64,000 bases of DNA from a virus, in IMG/VR virus record IMGVR_UViG_3300045988_169015, positions 64,001 through 128,000 of that record; one strand, given 5' to 3'. Positions 33,442-43,051 of the stretch are shown in pieces. The translations under genes were made by a program, and so were the position numbers. The first letter of the stretch is position 1; each line of letters starts with the position of its first letter. The notes under the pieces were generated by a model, which searched no databases, was not told the DNA's origin, and worked only from the letters and a program-made list of their open reading frames with translations.

Positions 33442-34250
33442 AACTATCTACTTATCAGTTTGATACCAATGAACACGCAAAAGAACAATATTCGACAAAC
33501 AGACGAAACTCTACCTGGAAGGCTGAACATTTTTTTATGTATATTTTCGGGCCGAATAGCAGCTTATCCGACCTGAAACCTCAGACGGCGACAAGGCTTA
33601 TATATCTTGCTACATGGCTGAATTATAACGATAACTGCCTAAAAATCGGCAATAACGCCATGACCAGAGGACAGATGCAAAGACTTATGCTGCTTGAAGA
33701 AAGTACATTCAAGCGATTTTTGAAAGAAGTTACCGAAAAGGGATATCTAATAAAATCAGGGTGTCAGTATTGTCTTAACAAAGACAACTTTAAAAAGGGA
33801 GAGTTTAAAACTAATGCTCCGCTTACGGAAAAGCGCTTTGTTAGAGTGTATATTTCATATGTCCGCAGGCTTTATGAACAGACTCCTCAGTCACTGCATA
33901 AACACCTTGGATATGTATTCAAGATGATACCTTACGTAAATATAAAGTATAATATCATCTGTCACAATCCACTTGAAGAGGACGAAAGCAGCATTATTCC
34001 TATGACTATTGGCGAGTTCTGCGATGCGATAGGTTATGACAAAAATCAGGTTTCCAGACTGATAAAAATATATAATGATATCACATTTGAAGCAGACGGG
34101 AAAAAATACGTATTCTGCGGCTATAGATATGCTCCGCAAAAGAAGAATATGCGTTTCTATGTAAATCCGCTTATCTTCTATGCCGGTAATAATCAAGATA
34201 AAATCGATATAATTAAAATTTTATATGTTCAATCAAAGGAGTATAAATAA
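33438..34250 (+). CDS. replication initiator/replisome-organizer-like protein (paralog 1)
   Basis: Shares with 47543..48427 the blocks LSDLKPQTATRLIYLATWL, TRGQMQRLM, STFKRFLKEV..GYLIK, RFVRVYI, LGYVFK.IPY.N and II.PM..GEFC..IGYD. Confidence 0.5.
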   Translation: MKLSTYQFDTNEHAKEQYSTNRRNSTWKAEHFFMYIFGPNSSLSDLKPQTATRLIYLATWLNYNDNCLKIGNNAMTRGQMQRLMLLEESTFKRFLKEVTEKGYLIKSGCQYCLNKDNFKKGEFKTNAPLTEKRFVRVYISYVRRLYEQTPQSLHKHLGYVFKMIPYVNIKYNIICHNPLEEDESSIIPMTIGEFCDAIGYDKNQVSRLIKIYNDITFEADGKKYVFCGYRYAPQKKNMRFYVNPLIFYAGNNQDKIDIIKILYVQSKEYK

Positions 34251-34963
34251 TGAGAAATAAAAAAACGTATAAATCTGAAGATATCATCGGACAACGCTTT
34301 GGAAGATTAGTCGCATTAGAAGAAGTAAGATGTGAATCAAATCCTAAATATAGGTATTTTAAATGTAAATGTGATTGCGGTAATATTAAAAATATCAGAT
34401 TGTCTTGTTTAGTGTATGGGAGCACAATATCTTGTGGATGTTATCGAAACCCTGGAGAATTTAAAAAGGGGCGTAATATTTATGAATTCCAGGGAGACAT
34501 TTGTAAGGTTTATACTAATAAAGGCGAGTATTTTATAATTGACACAGATAAATATGATATAATAAAAGATCATTACTGGGCAATAGGAAATATGGGATAT
34601 GTTGTGTCTGTTTTTAGCTATAATAAACAGGTTCAGTTACATAGATTCTTAACTAATTGCCCCGACAATATGGTAGTGGATCATAAAAACCATGATAAAA
34701 AAGATAATCGATTATGCAATTTGAGAATATGTACACAATCTGAAAATTCTCAAAATAGAATTCCAGTATTCTGGAAAAATGTTAAAGGCGTAACCACTTT
34801 AAAAAGTGGTAAATATGGTGCATCGATTAAATATGGAGATAATTCAAGAACAGAATATCTTGGAACATTTAATACCTTGAAAGAAGCTGCTGACGCTTAT
34901 GATGAAGCTGCGAAAAAATATTTTGGAGAATTTGCACATTTAAATAATTATTACAATCATTAA
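34250..34963 (+). CDS. HNH endonuclease with an AP2-type DNA-binding domain (homing-endonuclease-like)
   Basis: VVDHKNHDKKDNRLCNLRICTQSENSQN, plus C-terminal YGASIKY...EYLGTF.TLKEAADAYDEAAKKYFGEFA. Confidence 0.8.
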   Translation: MRNKKTYKSEDIIGQRFGRLVALEEVRCESNPKYRYFKCKCDCGNIKNIRLSCLVYGSTISCGCYRNPGEFKKGRNIYEFQGDICKVYTNKGEYFIIDTDKYDIIKDHYWAIGNMGYVVSVFSYNKQVQLHRFLTNCPDNMVVDHKNHDKKDNRLCNLRICTQSENSQNRIPVFWKNVKGVTTLKSGKYGASIKYGDNSRTEYLGTFNTLKEAADAYDEAAKKYFGEFAHLNNYYNH

Positions 34964-35105
34964 AATAATAGCCGTAAATAAAGTATAGTTACATTTAATA
35001 CATGTACATTCTCTATGAGTGTTATAATGTCGGCTGTATGATGCCGCATATGGACTACACGCCAAGAACATTGACAGAGATTATAGAAAGGTCAAGGTAA
35101 TTTAA

Positions 35106-35723
35106 ATGAGTATGTGGACATATATTAACGGCACCATCACGGTCGATGCGATCGGCAGAACTCAGGCGGAGAAAGAATATATTCTCCGCACAGTTCTCGA
35201 TCATCTGCCATTGGTCACAGGTTCCGAGGAAGATATGAACGTATATCTTATTCAAGCCAACGGGCACGATTGCAGCAGGTCGGTCGATGAATTTGAGAAC
35301 CATTCAAATCAGTTGGTCGATTCTTACGGTGCTCACAGCCAAAAATACGGTTGGCTCAAAACACAGAGCAAATATATCATCGTAATTGATGGAGCACTCC
35401 GTGACCGAACGTTTGACACAACTTTTGCTGAGTTTAACAAGTGGCTTTGCAGACTGGCCAAAAGAGTTCGCATTGACAAGGTTCTGGTTGAGCTGACCGG
35501 AGAAGACAAAATCTATGTATTTGACGACCACAGCGGCATTTACAGAGACATGTTTGAGTATCCATCGTGGAGCTGCCTCAATGATGATGGCGAACCCGCC
35601 TGGTGGGAATATCTGTACTGGCAGCCAGATTCAGTCGGATTTCCAAGACAATTGGCTTACAAATATTACATTGATCCCGATAACGACAAGCGTGTCGAGG
35701 ATTGGATAAGGAGAGATAAATAA
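35106..35723 (+). CDS. hypothetical protein
   Basis: 205-aa ORF. Confidence 0.65.
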   Translation: MSMWTYINGTITVDAIGRTQAEKEYILRTVLDHLPLVTGSEEDMNVYLIQANGHDCSRSVDEFENHSNQLVDSYGAHSQKYGWLKTQSKYIIVIDGALRDRTFDTTFAEFNKWLCRLAKRVRIDKVLVELTGEDKIYVFDDHSGIYRDMFEYPSWSCLNDDGEPAWWEYLYWQPDSVGFPRQLAYKYYIDPDNDKRVEDWIRRDK

Positions 35724-36544
35724 TGAATAAAAATGATAGTCTTGGTGACAGAATGAAAACATACGAAAATGTAACCCGCACACATCTTACTCGCAGAACG
35801 CCTGTTATCATCAGGATTGACGGCAAAGCATTTCACACATTTACAAGAGGCTTTGTTAAGCCGTTTGATGATATTCTCGTTGAGACTATGCAGGACACAA
35901 TGAAATATCTTTGTGAAAACATCGAAGGCTGTGTTCTCGGCTACACTCAGTCTGATGAAATAACTCTTGTGCTTTGTGACTATAAGAAGCTTACATCTCA
36001 GGCTTGGTTTGATAATAACATTCAGAAGATGTGCAGTATTTCAGCAAGTATGGCAACATTGGAATTTAACAGAAAATTTTGTGAAAATAAAGACCGATGG
36101 ATTATGAATACTCATTCAAACGAAGATATGCTTGAAAAATGGTTCAAGATAAGGAACGCTTATGACGACGCAGATTTTCACGGAGCACTCTTCGATAGCC
36201 GAGTATTTAATATTCCAAAAGAAGAGGTTAATAACTGCCTGCTCTGGAGACAGCAGGATGCGACCCGCAATTCTATTCAGTCTGTAGCTCAGGCAAATTT
36301 CTCGCACAAACAGCTGCAAAATAAGAATTGTTCAGAGCTTCAGGAAATGCTGTTTCAGGAAAAAGGTATCAACTGGAATGATATTCCCACTCATTTAAAG
36401 CGTGGTTCTTGCTGTGTCAAAAAACAGTATGAGATTGAAACTGGAGATGGCGTGGCACTGCGTTCTCGTTGGGTTATTGATAAAGAAATACCTGTTTTCT
36501 CACAGGATACAAGCTATGTAAATAGCAGGATAATGTTTGAATGA
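35723..36544 (+). CDS. Thg1-like protein (tRNA-His guanylyltransferase / 3'-5' polymerase family)
   Basis: The N-terminus LGDRMKTYENV...RRTPVIIRIDGKAFHTFTRGF.KPFDD matches the Thg1 signature. Confidence 0.75.
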   Translation: MNKNDSLGDRMKTYENVTRTHLTRRTPVIIRIDGKAFHTFTRGFVKPFDDILVETMQDTMKYLCENIEGCVLGYTQSDEITLVLCDYKKLTSQAWFDNNIQKMCSISASMATLEFNRKFCENKDRWIMNTHSNEDMLEKWFKIRNAYDDADFHGALFDSRVFNIPKEEVNNCLLWRQQDATRNSIQSVAQANFSHKQLQNKNCSELQEMLFQEKGINWNDIPTHLKRGSCCVKKQYEIETGDGVALRSRWVIDKEIPVFSQDTSYVNSRIMFE

Positions 36545-36558
36545 AGGAGAAATGGATA

Positions 36559-36783
36559 ATGATTGGTGCAATTATTGTTATTATTATCATATGTGCATTT
36601 ATAACACTTTGGGTATTCATCCCATTATGTGCAGATGCTGATGCTTGGATATTCAATAAAGATTACTACAAAGACTGCTACAGCAACAAAGTCGCAATTT
36701 TACATGAAATCAAGCAGCTGCGTAAAGAGGTCGCAGACCTCAAAAATCAGACGAACGATGCGGGCTTTTTTAAGAAGGAGTGA
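36559..36783 (+). CDS. small membrane protein
   Basis: The ATG at 36559 follows GAAGGAG. A hydrophobic N-terminus is followed by a coiled coil. Confidence 0.55.
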   Translation: MIGAIIVIIIICAFITLWVFIPLCADADAWIFNKDYYKDCYSNKVAILHEIKQLRKEVADLKNQTNDAGFFKKE

Positions 36784-36788
36784 TAAGA

Positions 36789-37136
36789 ATGATTGAGATT
36801 GATCTTTACATTGATAATGATTGGGAGCATTTTGAATTAGATGACGCATTAAAAATAATTAAAATAAGCAACAACACGAACGACGCAGATAATGAGGACA
36901 TTGAATATGCAACAAAAGCTCTTAATAGTCCTTGGAGTGAAAACGGTCATTGGTTTAAAATAAAATACGATCGTGATAAAAAACTTTGGATATGCAAGCG
37001 AATAGTGGATTTTTATGATGGCTGCCAAGCAACTTTGAGCGTTTATTGTAACGATTATTACAAAGCGTTGAGAGAAAACGAAGATGTTTTTCATAAGCTT
37101 CAGCAATTTTATAATCCTGAAAATATTTCGTTTTAA
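36789..37136 (+). CDS. hypothetical protein
   Basis: The ATG at 36789 lies 9 nt after AAGGAG. Confidence 0.6.
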   Translation: MIEIDLYIDNDWEHFELDDALKIIKISNNTNDADNEDIEYATKALNSPWSENGHWFKIKYDRDKKLWICKRIVDFYDGCQATLSVYCNDYYKALRENEDVFHKLQQFYNPENISF

Positions 37137-37151
37137 AGGAGACGATGAATA

Positions 37152-37586
37152 ATGAACATAAAAGCCAAATATAAGTTCTATATTTATCCTTATTTCAAGT
37201 GTCCTATGGTGAAAATTTCTTTTATTTATAATAGACATATTTTTAAGATCAACAAAGACATTTCCCGTGACCTTACATGGATTAACTGTCTTAATAAAGA
37301 TATATATAATTTTACATTCTCAAATGGGTGTACGTTAAGATCAAAAGCAAAACTGCGAACAAGCTTTTATGATTGCTTAACCTTGGATGAAATATATCAA
37401 GTATTACAGCGCATAGGATTGGAGACGATCGTGAAAGAATATATAATTGATACCCTGAAAACATATATTGAAGCCCACAGAGACAAGGTAATAATGTCTG
37501 AACAGATGTCTTATCTGAAGAGTCTGACCACAAAGAAGTGGGAAACGCTCAATATTGAAATAAGTAGTATATTGGAGGAAAAATAA
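37152..37586 (+). CDS. hypothetical protein
   Basis: 144-aa ORF with the SD AAAGGAG. Confidence 0.6.
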   Translation: MNIKAKYKFYIYPYFKCPMVKISFIYNRHIFKINKDISRDLTWINCLNKDIYNFTFSNGCTLRSKAKLRTSFYDCLTLDEIYQVLQRIGLETIVKEYIIDTLKTYIEAHRDKVIMSEQMSYLKSLTTKKWETLNIEISSILEEK

Positions 37587-37978
37587 TGAATAAATCAAAT
37601 ATGTCCGGCGCTTATGACATATACCGCCAAATGTTCAAGCAGATAATGTGGTGGGATCTGAGTCCTAAAGAAATTGGCAATACATACTTCAAAGACGGCA
37701 CCCACCAAGTTCTTGGAAACGAAGACGGTCATTATCTTTATGATCTCGGCTGGTTAATGGGTGATATAGGGTATCATGGCTGGTCTGGTTCGGCTGCTGA
37801 AAATGAATGTAATATTTACAACAAGGTTGAAACTGCATATTTCTATCTGCTTAAATCTCTTGCCGAAGCTATCGGTTTTGAATATACAGATGAAGACGTA
37901 TGGAAGTACCACTTGAAAGACATCGACACGGATGATATGTTGAAGCTGTATGAAGCCAACAAGCAGAAAAAGGGGTGA
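37586..37978 (+). CDS. hypothetical protein
   Basis: 130-aa ORF with the SD GGAGG. Confidence 0.6.
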   Translation: MNKSNMSGAYDIYRQMFKQIMWWDLSPKEIGNTYFKDGTHQVLGNEDGHYLYDLGWLMGDIGYHGWSGSAAENECNIYNKVETAYFYLLKSLAEAIGFEYTDEDVWKYHLKDIDTDDMLKLYEANKQKKG

Positions 37979-38292
37979 TGGCAATGACCCCACAAGAAGC
38001 AATAGATACGCTCAAGATTGCTATAGCTGAGGTCGAGTGGAACTATCCACTTGACTATGCTGTGGCAATGGAGATGGCTATTAAAGCACTGAAAAAAGAA
38101 GTACCGGCAGAACCCATAATACAGGAAGAAGAAAATTTTATTCAAGGGTATCTTATTTTTGATAAATATTTCTGCTGTCCTATTTGTAAATATTGTTTTG
38201 GTCTGGTTGAATATGTTGATAAAGCGGGGAAAAAGATAAAATCCGAATGTTGTCCAAAATGCGGTCAAAAACTTGATTGGAGCGACGATTAA
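37975..38292 (+). CDS. hypothetical zinc-ribbon protein
   Basis: CPICKYC...CCPKCG. Confidence 0.6.
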   Translation: MMAMTPQEAIDTLKIAIAEVEWNYPLDYAVAMEMAIKALKKEVPAEPIIQEEENFIQGYLIFDKYFCCPICKYCFGLVEYVDKAGKKIKSECCPKCGQKLDWSDD

Positions 38293-38293
38293 A

Positions 38294-38527
38294 ATGGCTG
38301 AACATACTGCTTATATATGTGATATCTGCGGCAAGATTATTTTTGATTATGATGAAATAGTTAGACTAAAAGTTAAGATATACCATCAGTCAGCACGCTA
38401 CGACACAAAACTTTTAGATGTTTGCAGTGATTGTGTCAAAAGTTTTGAAAAATGGATAGGTGAAAGAAATGAAAACAGTGAACAAACACGAGTACATAGA
38501 CCGTCGTATGGTGATCTTGACCATTGA
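38294..38527 (+). CDS. hypothetical zinc-ribbon protein
   Basis: ATG at 38294. CDICGK...CSDC. Confidence 0.55.
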   Translation: MAEHTAYICDICGKIIFDYDEIVRLKVKIYHQSARYDTKLLDVCSDCVKSFEKWIGERNENSEQTRVHRPSYGDLDH

Positions 38528-38789
38528 TAACTGCATTTCCTCGATGACGCCTGAAGAGTATGACGCATGCCGTCTTACTCTTGACGATTTAAAAAATTTC
38601 ATCAAGACGTTTGCCGCCGCTGACGTCGAGCCGGTCATACGCTGCCGAAGGTGTGAATATGCTCGGCAGACACTTGACAAAAGGCTTTGTTGCAAGCGTT
38701 ACGATTATGCAATAGTAGAAAAAGACTACTACTGTGCTTACGGAGAAAAATCAAAGTCTCCTATTGAAATGAAAGGATGGGTATTATGA
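38469..38789 (+). CDS. hypothetical protein
   Basis: ATG at 38469. The ORF overlaps the end of the previous gene. Confidence 0.55.
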   Translation: MKTVNKHEYIDRRMVILTIDNCISSMTPEEYDACRLTLDDLKNFIKTFAAADVEPVIRCRRCEYARQTLDKRLCCKRYDYAIVEKDYYCAYGEKSKSPIEMKGWVL

Positions 38790-38820
38790 CTATAATGGAA
38801 ACATCAAATGGAGGTAATAA

Positions 38821-39117
38821 ATGATGAATGCTGATATTAAAGCACAAATCAAGAGTAAGATACATAAAGTTTGCGTGAATAGATTTCCCGTGTATGACAG
38901 TGACGGAAGAGTTCAACTTTATAGACGACCAGACCTGTCTGAATGGGCAGCGAAAGCAGCAGCCGATGGTGAAAGATACTTCTATGTTGAGGCTGTAAAC
39001 CCTAATATCAATGGTGGTAAGCTTAGACTATGCTGTCCTAAGTACGAGTACAGAGTTAATAGTCTCACGCAGGAAGAATATGATGTTCTGAAAGAACTGT
39101 TAAATGGAGGTAAATAA
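38821..39117 (+). CDS. hypothetical protein
   Basis: 98-aa ORF with the SD GGAGG. Confidence 0.6.
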   Translation: MMNADIKAQIKSKIHKVCVNRFPVYDSDGRVQLYRRPDLSEWAAKAAADGERYFYVEAVNPNINGGKLRLCCPKYEYRVNSLTQEEYDVLKELLNGGK

Positions 39118-39119
39118 TA

Positions 39120-39626
39120 ATGACGACAGAAGAAAAAATTTCCAAGCTTGAAGCTAACTATGAGGCAATGGCAGCATAGATTGAAAAGCTCAAGGCTGAA
39201 CTTGCTGAAAAGAATGAAACCGTGTGGATACCCCAAAAGGGTGAAAAATATCTGTGTATTTGTAATAATGGCAGAATTGCTTCACAAATTTATAACCCAT
39301 CTTCTATATTTGACATAGAAATAATTGATATGAATGCTAAATTTAAGCCAGTTGCTGGGTGTAAAAAACATCTCGAATGGTATCGTGACAACGTTTTGCG
39401 TGTCCAGAATAAGCTGATGCAGCTCCACGAGTTATTGTGTCCCGATTGTTTTCCTGATTGGGATACAGGTAAAGAAACATGGACTATATATTATGATAAT
39501 ACATATAAGTGTTTTAGTTATACTCTTCAGTGTTCTTGTAATTTCTTTGTTGTTTGTTTTACCAGAGAAGCAGCCGAAAAGGCTTGTGAAATTCTTAACC
39601 GAGAGAAATTTATGATGGAGGAATGA
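39120..39626 (+). pseudogene. CDS interrupted by one in-frame TAG (39177-39179): nonsense allele or readthrough candidate
   Basis: GGAGG lies 9 nt before the ATG at 39120. The reading frame continues through the TAG into track ORF 39222..39626, which has no SD of its own. A coiled-coil heptad runs across the stop. Confidence 0.6.
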
Positions 39627-39630
39627 TACT

Positions 39631-40656
39631 ATGACAATAAATGAAATCAAGTTTGCGCTCCGCAGCTCTGAATACAGCTTCCTGTCGGATAATCCACATC
39701 TTGGCTCTAATATCATCTTGTTGACAGTCGGCGGTTCCCACGCTTACGGAACGGATACGCCCACCAGCGACTTGGATATCCGAGGATGTGCTCTGAATAC
39801 TCCAAGGGAGCTGCTTACCAGCGAAAATTTCGAGCAGTTTGTAAATGAGGAGACCGACACGACGATATATTCGTTCAACAAGTTGGTCTCACTGCTCACT
39901 AATTGTAACCCCAACACCATCGAGATGCTGGGAAACAAGCCAGAGCATTATTTCTATATCTCCCCTATTGGGCAGGAACTTATTGACAACGTTGAGCTGT
40001 TTCTCTCCCAGAAGGCAGCATACAGCTTCGGTGGGTATGCAACCGCTCAGCTTCGTCGCCTTGAAAATAAAGCCAACCGCCTTGTTGGTCAGGAACAGCT
40101 GGAACAGTATATCTATAACACACTGTCTCAAGTTGCCGAAAACTTTGAAGAAAAATATGGTATTCCTGCTGGTCAGCTTCGACTGTATATCGACAAGGCT
40201 GTAAATCCCGATATGGAAACTGAGATTTTCATGGACACTAACTTGACTCACTACCCTATCAGAGACTACGCCGGAATGTGGGATGAAATGAAGAGCATTA
40301 TCAAGTCTTACAATAACATCGGCTGTCGCAATAGCAAGGCTATCGAAAACGGAAGGCTTGGCAAGCATATGATGCACTTGATTCGTCTGTATCTCATGTG
40401 TACTGACATTCTTGAGGGACGAGGCGTAATAACATACCGTGAAAAGGATCGTGACCTGCTGATAGACATCCGCAACGGCAAGTACCTTGATGAAAATCAG
40501 CAGCCCACTTCCGAGTTCTATGAGATGATAGACGAATATGAAAAGAAATATCAGTATGCGAAAGAGCACACTGAACTCCCACCTAAGCCAAACTACAAGG
40601 CAATAAATGATTTCGTTCAGAGCGTCAATGAAAGAGTGATAAAAAATGAAGTATAA
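39631..40656 (+). CDS. Pol-beta-superfamily nucleotidyltransferase (RlaP-like, RNA-repair-associated)
   Basis: N-terminal GGSHAYGTDTPTSDLDIRG signature. Confidence 0.65.
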   Translation: MTINEIKFALRSSEYSFLSDNPHLGSNIILLTVGGSHAYGTDTPTSDLDIRGCALNTPRELLTSENFEQFVNEETDTTIYSFNKLVSLLTNCNPNTIEMLGNKPEHYFYISPIGQELIDNVELFLSQKAAYSFGGYATAQLRRLENKANRLVGQEQLEQYIYNTLSQVAENFEEKYGIPAGQLRLYIDKAVNPDMETEIFMDTNLTHYPIRDYAGMWDEMKSIIKSYNNIGCRNSKAIENGRLGKHMMHLIRLYLMCTDILEGRGVITYREKDRDLLIDIRNGKYLDENQQPTSEFYEMIDEYEKKYQYAKEHTELPPKPNYKAINDFVQSVNERVIKNEV

Positions 40657-41986
40657 AATTGATATGCCGCCCAATGCAAATGTAATCATTCATGCACTTC
40701 AAGATGCAGGTTACAAAGCATATATCGTTGGCGGCTGTGTCAGAGATAGTCTAATGAACAGATTTCCTCATGACTGGGATATATGCACTTCTGCGAGACC
40801 GGAGCAAACGCTTGAAGTGTTTAAAGATTACCGTGTTATCGAGACGGGGTTGCAGCATGGCACGGTAACAGTAGTCATTGATGGCGAGCAGTATGAATGC
40901 ACTTCGTTTCGTATCGACGGGGTGTATTCCGACAATCGCAGACCTGACAGCGTGACGTTCGTTGATGATCTTACAGAAGACTTAAGACGTCGAGATTTTA
41001 CAATCAATGCAATGGCATATAATGACGAAGAAGGTCTTATCGATCCGTTTGATGGAATGGGTGATATAAAGCGTGGCATAATCAGATGCGTTGGGAATGC
41101 GGCAGATAGGTTTAACGAAGATGCTCTCAGAATACTTAGAGCCATTCGATTTGCCGCACAGCTGCGTTTTGTTATTGAAGACAACACGTCTTCTGAACTA
41201 AACAGACAGAGGGATTCTTTAGCAAATATATCCACTGAAAGAATTACCAGCGAATTCAATAAAATCGTTATATCCAATCGATTTGTCACAATGTTAGTCC
41301 TATATTTTCACGTATTCACACAATTTATTCCAGAGCTTAAGGATATGCTTAAGTTTCCTCAGAATAATCCTCATCATATGTACGATGTACTTATTCACAC
41401 ACTTTATACAGCAGTATCCTGTCAGAACGATCTTATCCTTCGATTGGCGGCATTATTCCACGATATCGGGAAACCTCATTCATACCAAGACGAACCTGAC
41501 GGTATCAGACATTTTGTGGGACACAATATTGTCGGGGCGGATATGACAGATAAAATCATGAGGCGCTTGAAATATGACAGCAACACCCGAAATGCTGTTG
41601 TTCAGTTGATTTTATATCACGATTCTTCGTTTATAGCAAAGCCATCAGCTGTTAAGCGTTGGCTAAACAAAGTGGGAGAAGTTCAATTAAAGCGTCTCAT
41701 CGATCTTCGCAGGGCTGATATTAGGGGGCAGAAAATTCCTTATGATAGGGAGAAAATGAGGAAAATTGATGATCTTGCAGATGTTTTAAACCAAGTTCTC
41801 GAAGAACAACAATGCTTTTCTATGAAAGACCTCGCAATCAATGGAGATGATCTTATTGTCTTGGGTTTTGTCCCGGGCAAGGAATTAGGGGAGGTGCTCA
41901 CAGGGTTGTTAAACTCCGTAACAGATGACGCTCTTCCGAACGATAAAGAAACGCTTTTAAAGGAGGCTCAGAAATGGCTCAAGTAA
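40646..41986 (+). CDS. cca: CCA-adding tRNA nucleotidyltransferase with an HD domain
   Basis: YIVGGCVRDSLMNRFPHDWDICT, RRDFTINAMAY and LAALFHDIGKP. Confidence 0.85.
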   Translation: MKYKIDMPPNANVIIHALQDAGYKAYIVGGCVRDSLMNRFPHDWDICTSARPEQTLEVFKDYRVIETGLQHGTVTVVIDGEQYECTSFRIDGVYSDNRRPDSVTFVDDLTEDLRRRDFTINAMAYNDEEGLIDPFDGMGDIKRGIIRCVGNAADRFNEDALRILRAIRFAAQLRFVIEDNTSSELNRQRDSLANISTERITSEFNKIVISNRFVTMLVLYFHVFTQFIPELKDMLKFPQNNPHHMYDVLIHTLYTAVSCQNDLILRLAALFHDIGKPHSYQDEPDGIRHFVGHNIVGADMTDKIMRRLKYDSNTRNAVVQLILYHDSSFIAKPSAVKRWLNKVGEVQLKRLIDLRRADIRGQKIPYDREKMRKIDDLADVLNQVLEEQQCFSMKDLAINGDDLIVLGFVPGKELGEVLTGLLNSVTDDALPNDKETLLKEAQKWLK

Positions 41987-42708
41987 CCACATTTGACAAC
42001 ATTTATATCACGGGTGATAAGCACGGAGATTTCTCGGGGCTTATGCGATTCTGTGACCAGCAAGGCACCACCCGTAACGACCTGATAATAGTTCTTGGAG
42101 ATGCGGGCGTTAACTATTACCGAAATGGACGTGATCAGAGGCTAAAAGAAATGCTCGCCCAGTCCCCTATCACACTGCTATGCGTTCATGGCAACCACGA
42201 AGAGAGACCTGAGAACATCTCTACATATACCGAGACGGAATTTTGTGGGGATACGGCTTACTACGAACCCAAATATCCAAATCTGATTTTTGCCAAGGAT
42301 GGCAGCATTTACAAGCTTAACGGCGCTAAGACATTGATTCTCGGCGGTGCATATTCGGTGGACAAGTATTACAGGCTGATGAAAGGCTGGAACTGGTTCG
42401 AGTCAGAGCAGATTACAGATAAGCGTAAGGCTGAGATAGAGCAAATACTTGACAAAGCCGGATGGAGCGTTGACTACGTACTGTCTCATACTTGTCCTTA
42501 TGATACGAGACCCACACACCTTTTCCTGAGAGGTATTGACCAGTCCCTCGTGGACAGCTCTATGGAAGTCTGGTTTCAGAAGGTTGCCGACAGGCTTGAC
42601 TTCAAGCACTGGTATTTTGGACATTATCACGACGACTGGGATAATGGCAAATATACGATGTTTTATACAGACATTGAAAAGTTTCCGTATGAGCCGGCGG
42701 ATGAATGA
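41974..42708 (+). CDS. calcineurin-like metallophosphoesterase
   Basis: ITGDKHGD, VLGDAGVNY, VHGNHEERP and FGHYH. Confidence 0.75.
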   Translation: MAQVTTFDNIYITGDKHGDFSGLMRFCDQQGTTRNDLIIVLGDAGVNYYRNGRDQRLKEMLAQSPITLLCVHGNHEERPENISTYTETEFCGDTAYYEPKYPNLIFAKDGSIYKLNGAKTLILGGAYSVDKYYRLMKGWNWFESEQITDKRKAEIEQILDKAGWSVDYVLSHTCPYDTRPTHLFLRGIDQSLVDSSMEVWFQKVADRLDFKHWYFGHYHDDWDNGKYTMFYTDIEKFPYEPADE

Positions 42709-42763
42709 GGTAAGATTTATGCGCACGAAAATACAAAAATTATTAACGGAAAGGAGTGGCTGT

Positions 42764-43009
42764 ATGACAAATAATGAGATCGACAATCTCACAAGCCTTT
42801 TGCAGCGAGCACAGGCCACTATAAATCATATGGCAGCTGATCTCAATGAGCATGACCTCGACTGTTACTATTGCGCTCATTTTCCAGATGGCGGAGACGG
42901 CAAATGCCCTATGTATTCAGATGATGGCAGCAATGGTTGGTGTCATTTCAGATGGAGACTTGACGATGAGATAGACAAAACTATCGAGAAGCTTCAGGCA
43001 GAATTGTAA
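42764..43009 (+). CDS. hypothetical Cys-containing protein
   Basis: The ATG at 42764 follows AAAGGAG. The track ORF 42536..43009 overlaps the previous gene. Confidence 0.55.
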   Translation: MTNNEIDNLTSLLQRAQATINHMAADLNEHDLDCYYCAHFPDGGDGKCPMYSDDGSNGWCHFRWRLDDEIDKTIEKLQAEL

Positions 43010-43051
43010 AGTCCCATAGTAACACTACAGTAATAAGAAAGGAATAATTTT

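Noticed and set aside
39889-40689. 266-aa minus-strand ORF
   Set aside because: It is antisense to the nucleotidyltransferase gene, which carries the GGSHAYG...SDLD signature.
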